Source: Candidatus Jordarchaeales archaeon (lineage in GTDB: Archaea; Asgardarchaeota; Jordiarchaeia; Jordiarchaeales; Freyrarchaeaceae). From it: a DNA stretch of 7,631 nucleotides. This document shows, piece after piece, positions 1 through 6,554 of the stretch. The DNA lies in the NCBI GenBank assembly GCA_038858525.1, contig JAWCFL010000057.1, positions 1-7,631 on the forward strand, written 5' to 3'. Both the position numbers and the translations under genes were made by a program. A model generated the notes under the pieces. The model was not told the origin of the DNA. It saw only the letters and a list, made by a program, of their open reading frames with translations, and ran no database searches. Position 1 is the first letter of the stretch; every line of letters begins with the position of its first letter.

Positions 1-152
1 CGTTCAACTTCACTTTCAGGTATCCTCCTCCTACCACCAACAGTCCTAACAACTCTAATTTTACCTTGTTTATCCCATTTTCTAAGCGTATTTGGATGAA
101 TGCCTGATCTCTCGCAGGTTTCGCTGAGCGTCAGCAACCTCTCAATCATCAT
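1..152 (-). CDS. tnpA: IS607-family transposase TnpA (serine recombinase with N-terminal MerR-like HTH), 5' part only; runs off the left edge
   Basis: Manual translation of the reverse complement from ATG at 152 gives MMIERLLTLSETCERSGIHPNTLRKWDKQGKIRVVRTVGGRRRIPESEVER, open to the edge. The pattern 'GIHPNTLRKWDKQGKI..VRT.GGRRRIPESEV' is typical of the IS607 TnpA DNA-binding domain. The catalytic resolvase domain is outside the window, so a stand-alone MerR/excisionase-like HTH cannot be fully excluded. Confidence 0.85.
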   Translation of the reverse strand, partial: MMIERLLTLSETCERSGIHPNTLRKWDKQGKIRVVRTVGGRRRIPESEVE

Positions 153-174
153 ACAAATAAATGTTAAGAAGTGT

Positions 175-182
175 TATATAAA
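175..182 (-). promoter_or_regulatory. TATA box of tnpA (probably a leaderless transcript)
   Basis: Minus-strand TTTATATA, a perfect archaeal TATA consensus, ends 23 nt upstream of the ATG at 152. No Shine-Dalgarno site precedes that ATG. Confidence 0.65.
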
Positions 183-573
183 GGTATCTATTCAGGAACT
201 GCTGTAAACCCAAAAATGCAAAAACAATTAATAATCTTTTAGGAGAAAGACGAGGGGGGAAGCTTCAAGCGATGTCAAGGCTCCAATTTTCTTTTTTCAG
301 CTAAAATACGACGAGGCTACACTACCGCTGCTTTTACCCCAAAAGTTATTTCTCCAAATCAACAAACCTTCTTTCTTGCCTTCTCGTCAAGTACGTTGCC
401 AGCAGTCAGGAGCGGAGCCCACAGTCTCCTTAAAGCATACAGTGTGTGCGTCATCGATAAATAGCTAAGAACTATTAATGTTGAAAGTTGTTTGTTGTCA
501 TAACAGTAACTAGGGCCCGGCTGGTTTTAGGTTTAAGAGAAAGTTGGGCTTCCATTATGTTGGGGTGGTTTGG

Positions 574-993
574 TTGGATGTTTACTCGTTAAGTATACAG
601 GTTAGGAGCGGGAAGAGAATCGAGGTGAAGGACATAACGGAGGAAGTTCAAGCTAAACTTGAGGAGTTAGGCATATATGATGGGGTTCTGTTCCTCTTTA
701 GCCTCCACACCACCAGCACACTTATACTGAATGAGGGTGAGCTCGGGTTGATGGAAGACGTGGAAAGGTGGGTTAAGGAGGCTTTCACAAGGCATGATTA
801 TCAGCATGACAGGATAGATAGGAATGCGGCAGCACACATAGCAGCCAGCATAATAGGGAACTCGCTTGTCATTCCAGTTGAGAGGGGAAGGCTCGCGCTG
901 GGAACATGGCAAAGAATACTTCATCTCGAGCTGGACGGGCCACGGATGAGAACGCTACTTGTAAAGGTAATTGGTAGAAGGAAAGAAGAGTGA
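574..993 (+). CDS. yjbQ: YjbQ/UPF0047 family protein (annotated as secondary thiamine-phosphate synthase)
   Basis: Motifs HTT-x-L-x-LNE, Y-x-HD, NAAAHI, GTWQ and ELDGPR match the YjbQ family. The ORF track starts at 544, but TTG at 574 has SD GGGGTGG at 562-568 and gives the usual ~139-aa length. Confidence 0.92.
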   Translation: MDVYSLSIQVRSGKRIEVKDITEEVQAKLEELGIYDGVLFLFSLHTTSTLILNEGELGLMEDVERWVKEAFTRHDYQHDRIDRNAAAHIAASIIGNSLVIPVERGRLALGTWQRILHLELDGPRMRTLLVKVIGRRKEE

Positions 994-1014
994 TGTCAAA
1001 CGAGTAGTGGGGGA

Positions 1015-1899
1015 GTGTTGTTGAAGTTTGTGTGCGAACCTGTGTGGATAGACGAAAGTTGCCTGGTTATAGACGCTTATGGCTGGGGGATTAAAGGGGC
1101 CACGTGTGCTCTGGCGATCAGGGGTTCAGATGGAGTTGTGCTAGTTGAGGCAGCTCACAGGAAGTCGGCTCCCTACGTGTTGGGGGAGCTGGAGAAAATG
1201 GGTGGAGTTAAGTGGGTTTTGGTGACGCACAGGCACACCGACCACGCTGGGGGAGTGGCTCCGATCCTTAAGATGATGCCGGGAGCAAAAGTTGCAGGCC
1301 ACCCTGTAACTCTAAAGAATATTGCGGATCCATCAAGGATCAATGAGGCGACTTGGAGGGCTTGGGGGGAGTTCGCGGATCTCATGGATCCAGTGGAGGA
1401 TGTTGGAGGGTTTGTTGAGCTTCGTGACGGGGATACTATTGAGGCTGGTGGAGGGATAAAGGTGGAGGCTGTCCACACTCCTGGACACTCATCAGACCAT
1501 TATGCGTACTACGATTCTGAGCGTGAACTAGTTTATCTCGGAGACGCAGGTGGACTCTTATCTTGTAGCACTGGGACGGTTATCCCTGCTTCTTTTCCCT
1601 CGAGCTTTAACTTCGATGAGTATGCGAGGTCGCTGGACAAGCTGTTAGGTTATGAGCCCAAAGTGATAGTGTTCGCCCACTTCGGAACAGTGATGGGAAG
1701 CGACGCAGCAAGAATAATCGAAGAATGCGCTGAAACGCTCGAAGAGTGGAGAAGGCTCGCATACAAGCTCGACGCTCCAGCCCTCGCCGACAAACTCAAA
1801 GAAGAGTACCTCGAGAAGTTCACACTCTTCAACGCAAACGTAAGAAACCTGATCTTCGACATGCTCGTAGCCGGCCTCGTCAACGCAACAAAAAAATGA
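1015..1899 (+). CDS. Metallo-beta-lactamase-fold hydrolase, substrate unknown (resembles the uncharacterised ST1585/PqsE-like subgroup)
   Basis: THRHTDHAGG (HxHxDH), HTPGHS, LGDAGG and a C-terminal FAHFG motif give a full binuclear metal ligand set. It lies 21 nt downstream of yjbQ, so it is probably co-transcribed. The true start may be TTG at 1018 or 1021, given SD GGGGGAG just upstream. Subgroup assignment is from memory of family motifs. Confidence 0.9.
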   Translation: MLLKFVCEPVWIDESCLVIDAYGWGIKGATCALAIRGSDGVVLVEAAHRKSAPYVLGELEKMGGVKWVLVTHRHTDHAGGVAPILKMMPGAKVAGHPVTLKNIADPSRINEATWRAWGEFADLMDPVEDVGGFVELRDGDTIEAGGGIKVEAVHTPGHSSDHYAYYDSERELVYLGDAGGLLSCSTGTVIPASFPSSFNFDEYARSLDKLLGYEPKVIVFAHFGTVMGSDAARIIEECAETLEEWRRLAYKLDAPALADKLKEEYLEKFTLFNANVRNLIFDMLVAGLVNATKK

Positions 1900-2046
1900 T
1901 AAAAGCCAAATAAGAAAAACGACCTACTACCAGCACTAACCATTAACGCTCGCTGCTCTTCTAAGGGGACCCTTTAATTGCATGGCTTAATCCAAAGTTT
2001 ATTTTCATGTTCTTTTGTAGGTGAACGACAACTTTTAGAATTTTTT

Positions 2047-2075
2047 AATGAAAAGTCAATGAAAAGAGGAAGTAA
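2047..2075 (-). terminator. U-rich terminator region of hsp20
   Basis: Directly after the hsp20 stop the minus strand reads CTTCCTCTTTTCATTGACTTTTCATT, with CTTTTCATT repeated twice at 11-nt spacing (plus-strand AATGAAAAG at 2047-2055 and 2058-2066). This fits archaeal oligo-U termination. Confidence 0.45.
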
Positions 2076-2077
2076 TG

Positions 2078-2668
2078 CTACTCTATTTTTATCGGTTGCC
2101 CTTTCGGTCTCTCTTCTTTCTTCTTCATGGTAACTTCTAGTATACCGTTCTTGTATGAGGATTTGGATTGTTGTGGATCAACTTTGCATGGCAACTTTAC
2201 CTCTTTGTGGTATTTGCGCTGTGGCGTGTCAACGGAGACGGTCAGAGTTTCCTCTGTTCCATAGAGCTTAATGTCGTTTTTCTCGACGCCCGGTAGCTCG
2301 ACAACAACTCTTACTTCGTCTTCTGTTTCAATTACATCAGTGAGAGGCTCCCTGTATTCTTGGAAACCTATGCGGGGACGGCCCGGCCCCGCTTCGGGCT
2401 TGACATTACCGAACTCCTCCACTTGCGGCTTTCCATCGGGCCCTATGGTCACCCTGTAACCGTAGACGAACGGCCCCCACTCCTTTACCTTGGTCCCATC
2501 AGGTAGGGTTCGCTCCCTCACGAGGTCCTTTGGAATCCGCTTAGATAACTCCTCGAATTCTTCCCTCATGAATTCCTCCATATCCCTCATGAAGTCTTCA
2601 AGGTCCTCGAAAAACCACCTGAAAGGACTTCTCCTTCTAGACCACCTTGACCACCAATCTTCCACCAA
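2078..2668 (-). CDS. hsp20: Archaeal small heat shock protein Hsp20 (alpha-crystallin domain)
   Basis: WW/FF-rich N-terminus, the archaeal-type GPFVYGYRVTIGPDGKP..EFGNV segment, EPLTDVIETEDEVRVVVELPGV, YKNGILEV and a C-terminal IxI motif (PIKIE). The start may be GTG at 2665, given upstream GAGGGGGATGGTG. Confidence 0.96.
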   Translation of the reverse strand: MVEDWWSRWSRRRSPFRWFFEDLEDFMRDMEEFMREEFEELSKRIPKDLVRERTLPDGTKVKEWGPFVYGYRVTIGPDGKPQVEEFGNVKPEAGPGRPRIGFQEYREPLTDVIETEDEVRVVVELPGVEKNDIKLYGTEETLTVSVDTPQRKYHKEVKLPCKVDPQQSKSSYKNGILEVTMKKKEERPKGQPIKIE

Positions 2669-2697
2669 AGCACCATCCCCCTCGAGTTATTCATACG

Positions 2698-2720
2698 AAA
2701 TTTTGTCTCTTGGAAAATTT
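2698..2720. promoter_or_regulatory. Perfect inverted repeat AAATTTT-N9-AAAATTT upstream of hsp20, candidate operator
   Basis: AAATTTT at 2698-2704 and AAAATTT at 2714-2720 lie 30-52 nt upstream of the hsp20 start. AT-rich, so it could be chance. Confidence 0.35.
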
Positions 2721-2930
2721 ATTTTTTAGGGTCTAGTGTTTACTTGCCGTAACGCGAGAAGGAACGCTGGACGTTTAACCACGTGCTACAATTATAGAAG
2801 GTTAGCTCTCAGCTCGTAATAGGAACACGGAATACTAGACAGTACAGCAACGATGAGAAATCCTCTCGGAGAAAGGATAATATGTGACGAGTTTTTTAGT
2901 TTTGATTGGAGTTTCCTGCAGATTTTAACT

Positions 2931-2994
2931 CGAAAAATATAAAATGTTTTGTTCATAAATTTTAGGGTTGCATGTTTCCAGTTTAGTGGAGGAG
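2931..2994 (+). promoter_or_regulatory. BRE/TATA-like promoter and Shine-Dalgarno site of the corrinoid protein gene
   Basis: CGAAA at 2931-2935 is followed by AATATAAA at 2936-2943. GGAGGAG at 2988-2994 sits 7 nt before the ATG at 3002. Confidence 0.55.
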
Positions 2995-3001
2995 TTTTTT
3001 C

Positions 3002-3655
3002 ATGGAAAGAGAGAAGGCGATTCTCGAGAAGCTGAAGGAAGCCATTGTGAACCTTGACATTGAAGGTGTCCGAGAGGCTTGCAGAGAAGCGATTGATGCC
3101 GGCATACCTGCGTATAAGTGTATAAGTGAGGGCATGGCTAAGGGGCTCGACATGGTGGGCGAGAAGTACGAGAAGGGAGAGTATTTTTTAGCGGACCTGG
3201 TGGTTGCCGGGGAAGCTATGAAGGAGGGAATGAAAATTCTTGAGCCATGGCTGAAAGAAGGCGGGGTCGAGTCTATAGGAAAGGTCGTAATAGGAACTGT
3301 TAGAGGGGACATGCATGACATAGGAAAGAACATTGTGGCAACCATGCTTAGTGGGGCGGGATTTGAGGTTATAGATTTAGGGGTGGATGTGCCGCCGGAG
3401 ATGTTTGTTGAGGCTGTCAGGAAGTACAGGCCGCACGTGGTTGGCATGTCCGCACTGCTAACGACAACCATGATCGAGATGGAGAAAGTTGTGAAATCTC
3501 TAGAGGAGGCTGGACTAAGAAGTAAGGTGAGAATAATAATTGGCGGTGCTCCAGTATCAAGGGAGTACGCTGAAAAAATAGGGGCGGACGCTTACGCTAG
3601 AGACGCCGTGGAGGGCGTAGCCATCTGCAAGTCATGGGTTTCAGAAGAACATTAA
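3002..3655 (+). CDS. Stand-alone cobalamin-binding corrinoid methyl-carrier protein (MtmC/MtbC/MttC/MtaC-like)
   Basis: N-terminal B12 cap domain (..G+..VGEKYEKGEYFLADL) plus the base-off/His-on motif GDMHDIGKNIV (DxHxxG), then MSALLTTT (SxL) and IIIGGAP (GG). 217 aa with no fused methyltransferase domain. Confidence 0.95.
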   Translation: MEREKAILEKLKEAIVNLDIEGVREACREAIDAGIPAYKCISEGMAKGLDMVGEKYEKGEYFLADLVVAGEAMKEGMKILEPWLKEGGVESIGKVVIGTVRGDMHDIGKNIVATMLSGAGFEVIDLGVDVPPEMFVEAVRKYRPHVVGMSALLTTTMIEMEKVVKSLEEAGLRSKVRIIIGGAPVSREYAEKIGADAYARDAVEGVAICKSWVSEEH

Positions 3656-3670
3656 GTCCTTAGCTGGAGC

Positions 3671-3685
3671 CTTTTATTTCTTTTT
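3671..3685 (+). terminator. Oligo-U terminator of the corrinoid protein gene
   Basis: CTTTTATTTCTTTTT begins 15 nt after the stop codon and overlaps the stop of the convergent gene. Confidence 0.55.
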
Positions 3686-4835
3686 ACTGCTTCCACTTTA
3701 ATCCTTCATCTAGCATTGCCAAGTAGTTTTCTACTGGAACGTAGTTCGTGACGCTGTTCCCTGAACCAAGAGCGTATCTTCCTCGGGGCATGCATTTGTC
3801 CAGTATGCTTCTCACATACGCCCTGAGTTGGTTGGTTTCGTAGCGTGCAAGTTTATCCACGTCTACTCCTCCAAGCACTGCGATCCTGTCGCCGTACTTC
3901 TCCTGAAACTTCCATACGGGCATTATCTCATCCTGGAAGGAGTGGAAGGCATCTATTCTAACGTCTTCTATCAGGTCTTCCATCACTGCTTCAACGTTTC
4001 CACATGCATGATACCAGTACATTTTCCCGTGCTGGTGAGCTAGCTGAGCGTACTTCTTAAACCAAGGGAAAACCATTTCCCTGTAGATGTCAGGGTTCAC
4101 CATGGTTCCCTTCTTGTAGCCTAGGTCGTCAGAGTGGAATATGGCACCGACACAGTCGAACTCGACAACCACCTTGTACTCCCTGTAAAGCCTCTCCGCA
4201 ACCCAGTCTATGACCGCTTTAACGAGGTCAGGGTCTTCACGAAGTTTTCTGAAGAGGTTGACGTACCCCATGATTCGCTCCAAGGCCATCTCCCATATTG
4301 TTCCCCCGGCGACAGTTACCTTCATTCCCTCCGGAAGATTCTTCGAGATGAAGTCAAAGGTTTCCTTTATGGGGAGCTCGAGGAACTGCTGCGACCTGAA
4401 CTTCTCGAACTCCTCCCAAGAGGAAACTAACCCCTCCCGTTCCTCTGCCCAGACCCTTTTTGATCCCGGCTCCGTGAGGAGAGCAGTATCGTCTGCAAGC
4501 CTGCGCTTACCGAATATAGACAGGTGGACAAGGAGCCCAACACCTGGAGAGCATACAAAGTTCTGAACATAATCGTAGCCCATGTAATAGTAAAACTTTA
4601 TAGCGGACCTAGCCATCTCAAAGATATCTATCGGCTGGCTTCGGAGCTCGTCCGGCCTGTAACGGAGCACGTTCGGAATCGGCTTCATGTCTATCTTCAG
4701 CCGTTCAGCCACAGCATTCATTACTTCGAAGTCAACCTGGTACTCTGCAAAGTGAACCTTTCTAGGTTTCTCCTCGCCCGTCAAAACTTCCCTAAATAAT
4801 TCAAAGTCCGGTTGAGGTCTCTCAAAAGGTAGCAC
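3684..4835 (-). CDS. Uroporphyrinogen-decarboxylase/MtaA-CmuA superfamily protein, probable corrinoid-dependent methyltransferase component; not a true HemE
   Basis: Family motifs DDLGYK.G....P...RE...P..K, YHACGN, KYGDRIAVLGGVD and LGSGNSV.NYVP.ENY. The HemE RQAGR substrate motif is absent. The ORF track starts at 4880, but GTG at 4835 has a perfect SD GGAGGTG (4847-4841), giving 383 aa. Confidence 0.85.
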   Translation of the reverse strand: MLPFERPQPDFELFREVLTGEEKPRKVHFAEYQVDFEVMNAVAERLKIDMKPIPNVLRYRPDELRSQPIDIFEMARSAIKFYYYMGYDYVQNFVCSPGVGLLVHLSIFGKRRLADDTALLTEPGSKRVWAEEREGLVSSWEEFEKFRSQQFLELPIKETFDFISKNLPEGMKVTVAGGTIWEMALERIMGYVNLFRKLREDPDLVKAVIDWVAERLYREYKVVVEFDCVGAIFHSDDLGYKKGTMVNPDIYREMVFPWFKKYAQLAHQHGKMYWYHACGNVEAVMEDLIEDVRIDAFHSFQDEIMPVWKFQEKYGDRIAVLGGVDVDKLARYETNQLRAYVRSILDKCMPRGRYALGSGNSVTNYVPVENYLAMLDEGLKWKQ

Positions 4836-4840
4836 GAGAA

Positions 4841-4898
4841 CACCTCCAATCATCCGGAGATTAATAATATCAAATCGCAAAAATAAACTATTTTCTCC
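4841..4898 (-). promoter_or_regulatory. Candidate BRE/TATA promoter and SD of the UroD-family gene
   Basis: Minus strand GAGAAAATAG (4898-4889), then TTTATTTT (4887-4880), then SD GGAGGTG (4847-4841) 5 nt before the GTG. Confidence 0.45.
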
Positions 4899-5263
4899 TC
4901 GAAAGGCTTACAGTTCACTAGGATCAATGAGGACTGCTTGCCCCTCTCCGAAGGTGTAGATGGGGTCGCTATAAGTCAATAAGGTCACATTGTCTTGAAG
5001 TAGCACTTAACATAGTAAAAATTTTCTCAAATCACTTCAGCTCTGGGCATAATGATAAATCATCGGTAACGAAGATTTCCAGTAAAAGGGTTACAAGTCC
5101 ATGCGTACGTTCCAAAATTGGGGAACGCGATAACGCTATTCGTAAATTGTTAAAGTAAAATTATGGAAACGATACAACAATGGTGCCCTCGAGGGTTTAG
5201 AGGGGGCTGAAAGAAAATATTAAAAAAAGTATTTGTTTCTTTTTCTAATCGTTTTAGATCGTT

Positions 5264-6535
5264 TTGCGGGATGATGTGGTTTTGAAGAGCGCCGTCTCTC
5301 GTTATGCTAACGCTAGGCTTTTAACCTTGTACTTTGCAGGGTTTGCAGGCCCTCTCTCCGCTAACACCGTGCTCGCTTTGGTACCAGTCCTGGAGGCGAC
5401 TTTCGGAGTTGACGTCGGAACTGTTCTTTTAGCTATACCCTTTCTGATGATTCCTTTCGCTTTCTTCCAGCTTTTTAGTGGGACGCTCTCGGACAATTAC
5501 GGTAGGAGGCTTATGTTGACTGTGGGCTTCTTAATTTATGGAGCTGGACTTCTAGTTATAGGGTTCAGCCCGAGGTTTGGCTTCTGGTCATTTCTCTTGG
5601 CGAGATTCGTGTGTGGTGTGGGTTACGCGTTCATAGGACCAGTTCTGCCCGCAGTCGTAGGGGACCTAACGGAGTTCAGCTATAGGGGGAAAGTTATGGG
5701 GATATACTCGTCGGTTAACACGTCTGCCATAGCCCTTGGACCTCTACTCGCCGGCTTCTTTGCCTACTCTTGGTGGAACATATACTTTATGATAGGCATC
5801 ATGGCATACATCTCAATGCTTCTAGTCTGGTTCGTGCTGAGAGACACTAAGACCAAAAACAACAACTATACTCTCGGGCAGGTTTTCTCAGACATTAGGG
5901 AGATTTGCTCTCTGAGGAGTGTGATTGCACTGAGCGCTGCTGGCTTCATGGGCTTCTTTAGCTTCATGGGCGTCAACTCGTTTCTCTCCGATGCCCTGTC
6001 GCGACCACCATTCAATTTTCAGCCTAGCACCATAGGTGTAATTCTCTCTGTAGGAGGAGGCGTAGGGATAATTCTTTCCCCGATAAGCGGCTACTTGACT
6101 GACAGGTTTGGACGAGGGAGAATTGCGTATACAGGTTTAGCTATCTGCATTATCTCGCTTCTCATAATGCTGGTCGCGAGGAATTTCGTAGTGTTCATCA
6201 TCTCGATGGCGCTATTCGGGATTGGAGGTAACCTCTTCTGGCTCCCCCTAAACGCCCTCTCCGTTGAACTCAAGCCGGAGAAAAGGGGGGCTGTCTCGTC
6301 CCTGTTTAACAGCACTAGGTTCTTCGGATATGCCGTTGCCCCCTACTTATTGACGACGATCTACGAGGACTGGGGGACAGCGATACTCTCAGGGTTCCAG
6401 CTAATAATTACGCTGAGCATAGCGGTGGCGCTCGCAACGGTGCCCGTTATCAAGTACCTAGAACGGCAGGACCTGCCGGAACGCTTCAAACCCCTTGAAG
6501 TGGAAAAGGATAAAGTATTATTGCCAGACGATTGA
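5264..6535 (+). CDS. Major facilitator superfamily transporter (about 12 TM, DHA1-like), substrate unknown
   Basis: MFS motif A occurs in both halves (GTLSDNYGRR; GYLTDRFGRGR), with FLLARFVCGVG, GKVMGIY and GPLLAG and about 12 hydrophobic segments. The true start is probably GTG at 5276 or TTG at 5282. TATA-like AATATTAA lies near 5216-5223. Confidence 0.93.
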   Translation: MRDDVVLKSAVSRYANARLLTLYFAGFAGPLSANTVLALVPVLEATFGVDVGTVLLAIPFLMIPFAFFQLFSGTLSDNYGRRLMLTVGFLIYGAGLLVIGFSPRFGFWSFLLARFVCGVGYAFIGPVLPAVVGDLTEFSYRGKVMGIYSSVNTSAIALGPLLAGFFAYSWWNIYFMIGIMAYISMLLVWFVLRDTKTKNNNYTLGQVFSDIREICSLRSVIALSAAGFMGFFSFMGVNSFLSDALSRPPFNFQPSTIGVILSVGGGVGIILSPISGYLTDRFGRGRIAYTGLAICIISLLIMLVARNFVVFIISMALFGIGGNLFWLPLNALSVELKPEKRGAVSSLFNSTRFFGYAVAPYLLTTIYEDWGTAILSGFQLIITLSIAVALATVPVIKYLERQDLPERFKPLEVEKDKVLLPDD

Positions 6536-6554
6536 AACAGGGCCCAAGAAACGC

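Larger units (their letters stand above)
1..211 (-). mobile_element. Left-end portion of a probable IS607-family insertion sequence
   Basis: Contains the tnpA 5' end and its promoter. On the minus strand GG(G)TTTACAGCAG occurs at 211-199, and IS607 elements recombine at a GG dinucleotide and lack terminal inverted repeats. The exact boundary (about 209-211) is inferred. Confidence 0.55.

Noticed and set aside
312-332. Minus-strand GCAGCGGTAGTGTAGCCTCGT resembles the 5' end of an archaeal tRNA (acceptor strand plus D-arm start)
   Set aside because: No D-stem complement, anticodon arm, T-arm (GTTCRA) or 3' acceptor strand follows or occurs elsewhere in the window, and there is no clear TATA box at the right distance. 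Treated as chance unless a split-tRNA partner is found elsewhere.
359-454. 31-aa minus-strand ORF MTHTLYALRRLWAPLLTAGNVLDEKARKKVC
   Set aside because: Very short, no SD, no recognisable motif. The upstream AT-rich stretch is only weakly TATA-like.
1650-1943. 97-aa antisense ORF overlapping the 3' end of the MBL gene
   Set aside because: Ser-rich and motif-free. It is explained by the lack of T-ending codons on the sense strand, which removes antisense stops.
3002-4835. Pyrrolysine (in-frame TAG) read-through, as in methylamine methyltransferases
   Set aside because: Neither the corrinoid gene nor the UroD-family gene has an internal TAG, and no MttB/MtmB/MtbB gene is in the window.
4890-5260. 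Possible cobalamin riboswitch upstream of the methyltransferase gene (AACTGTAAGCC on the minus strand at about 4915-4905)
   Set aside because: Only this short fragment matches. The AGGGAA/B12-box core and the pairing architecture are absent.
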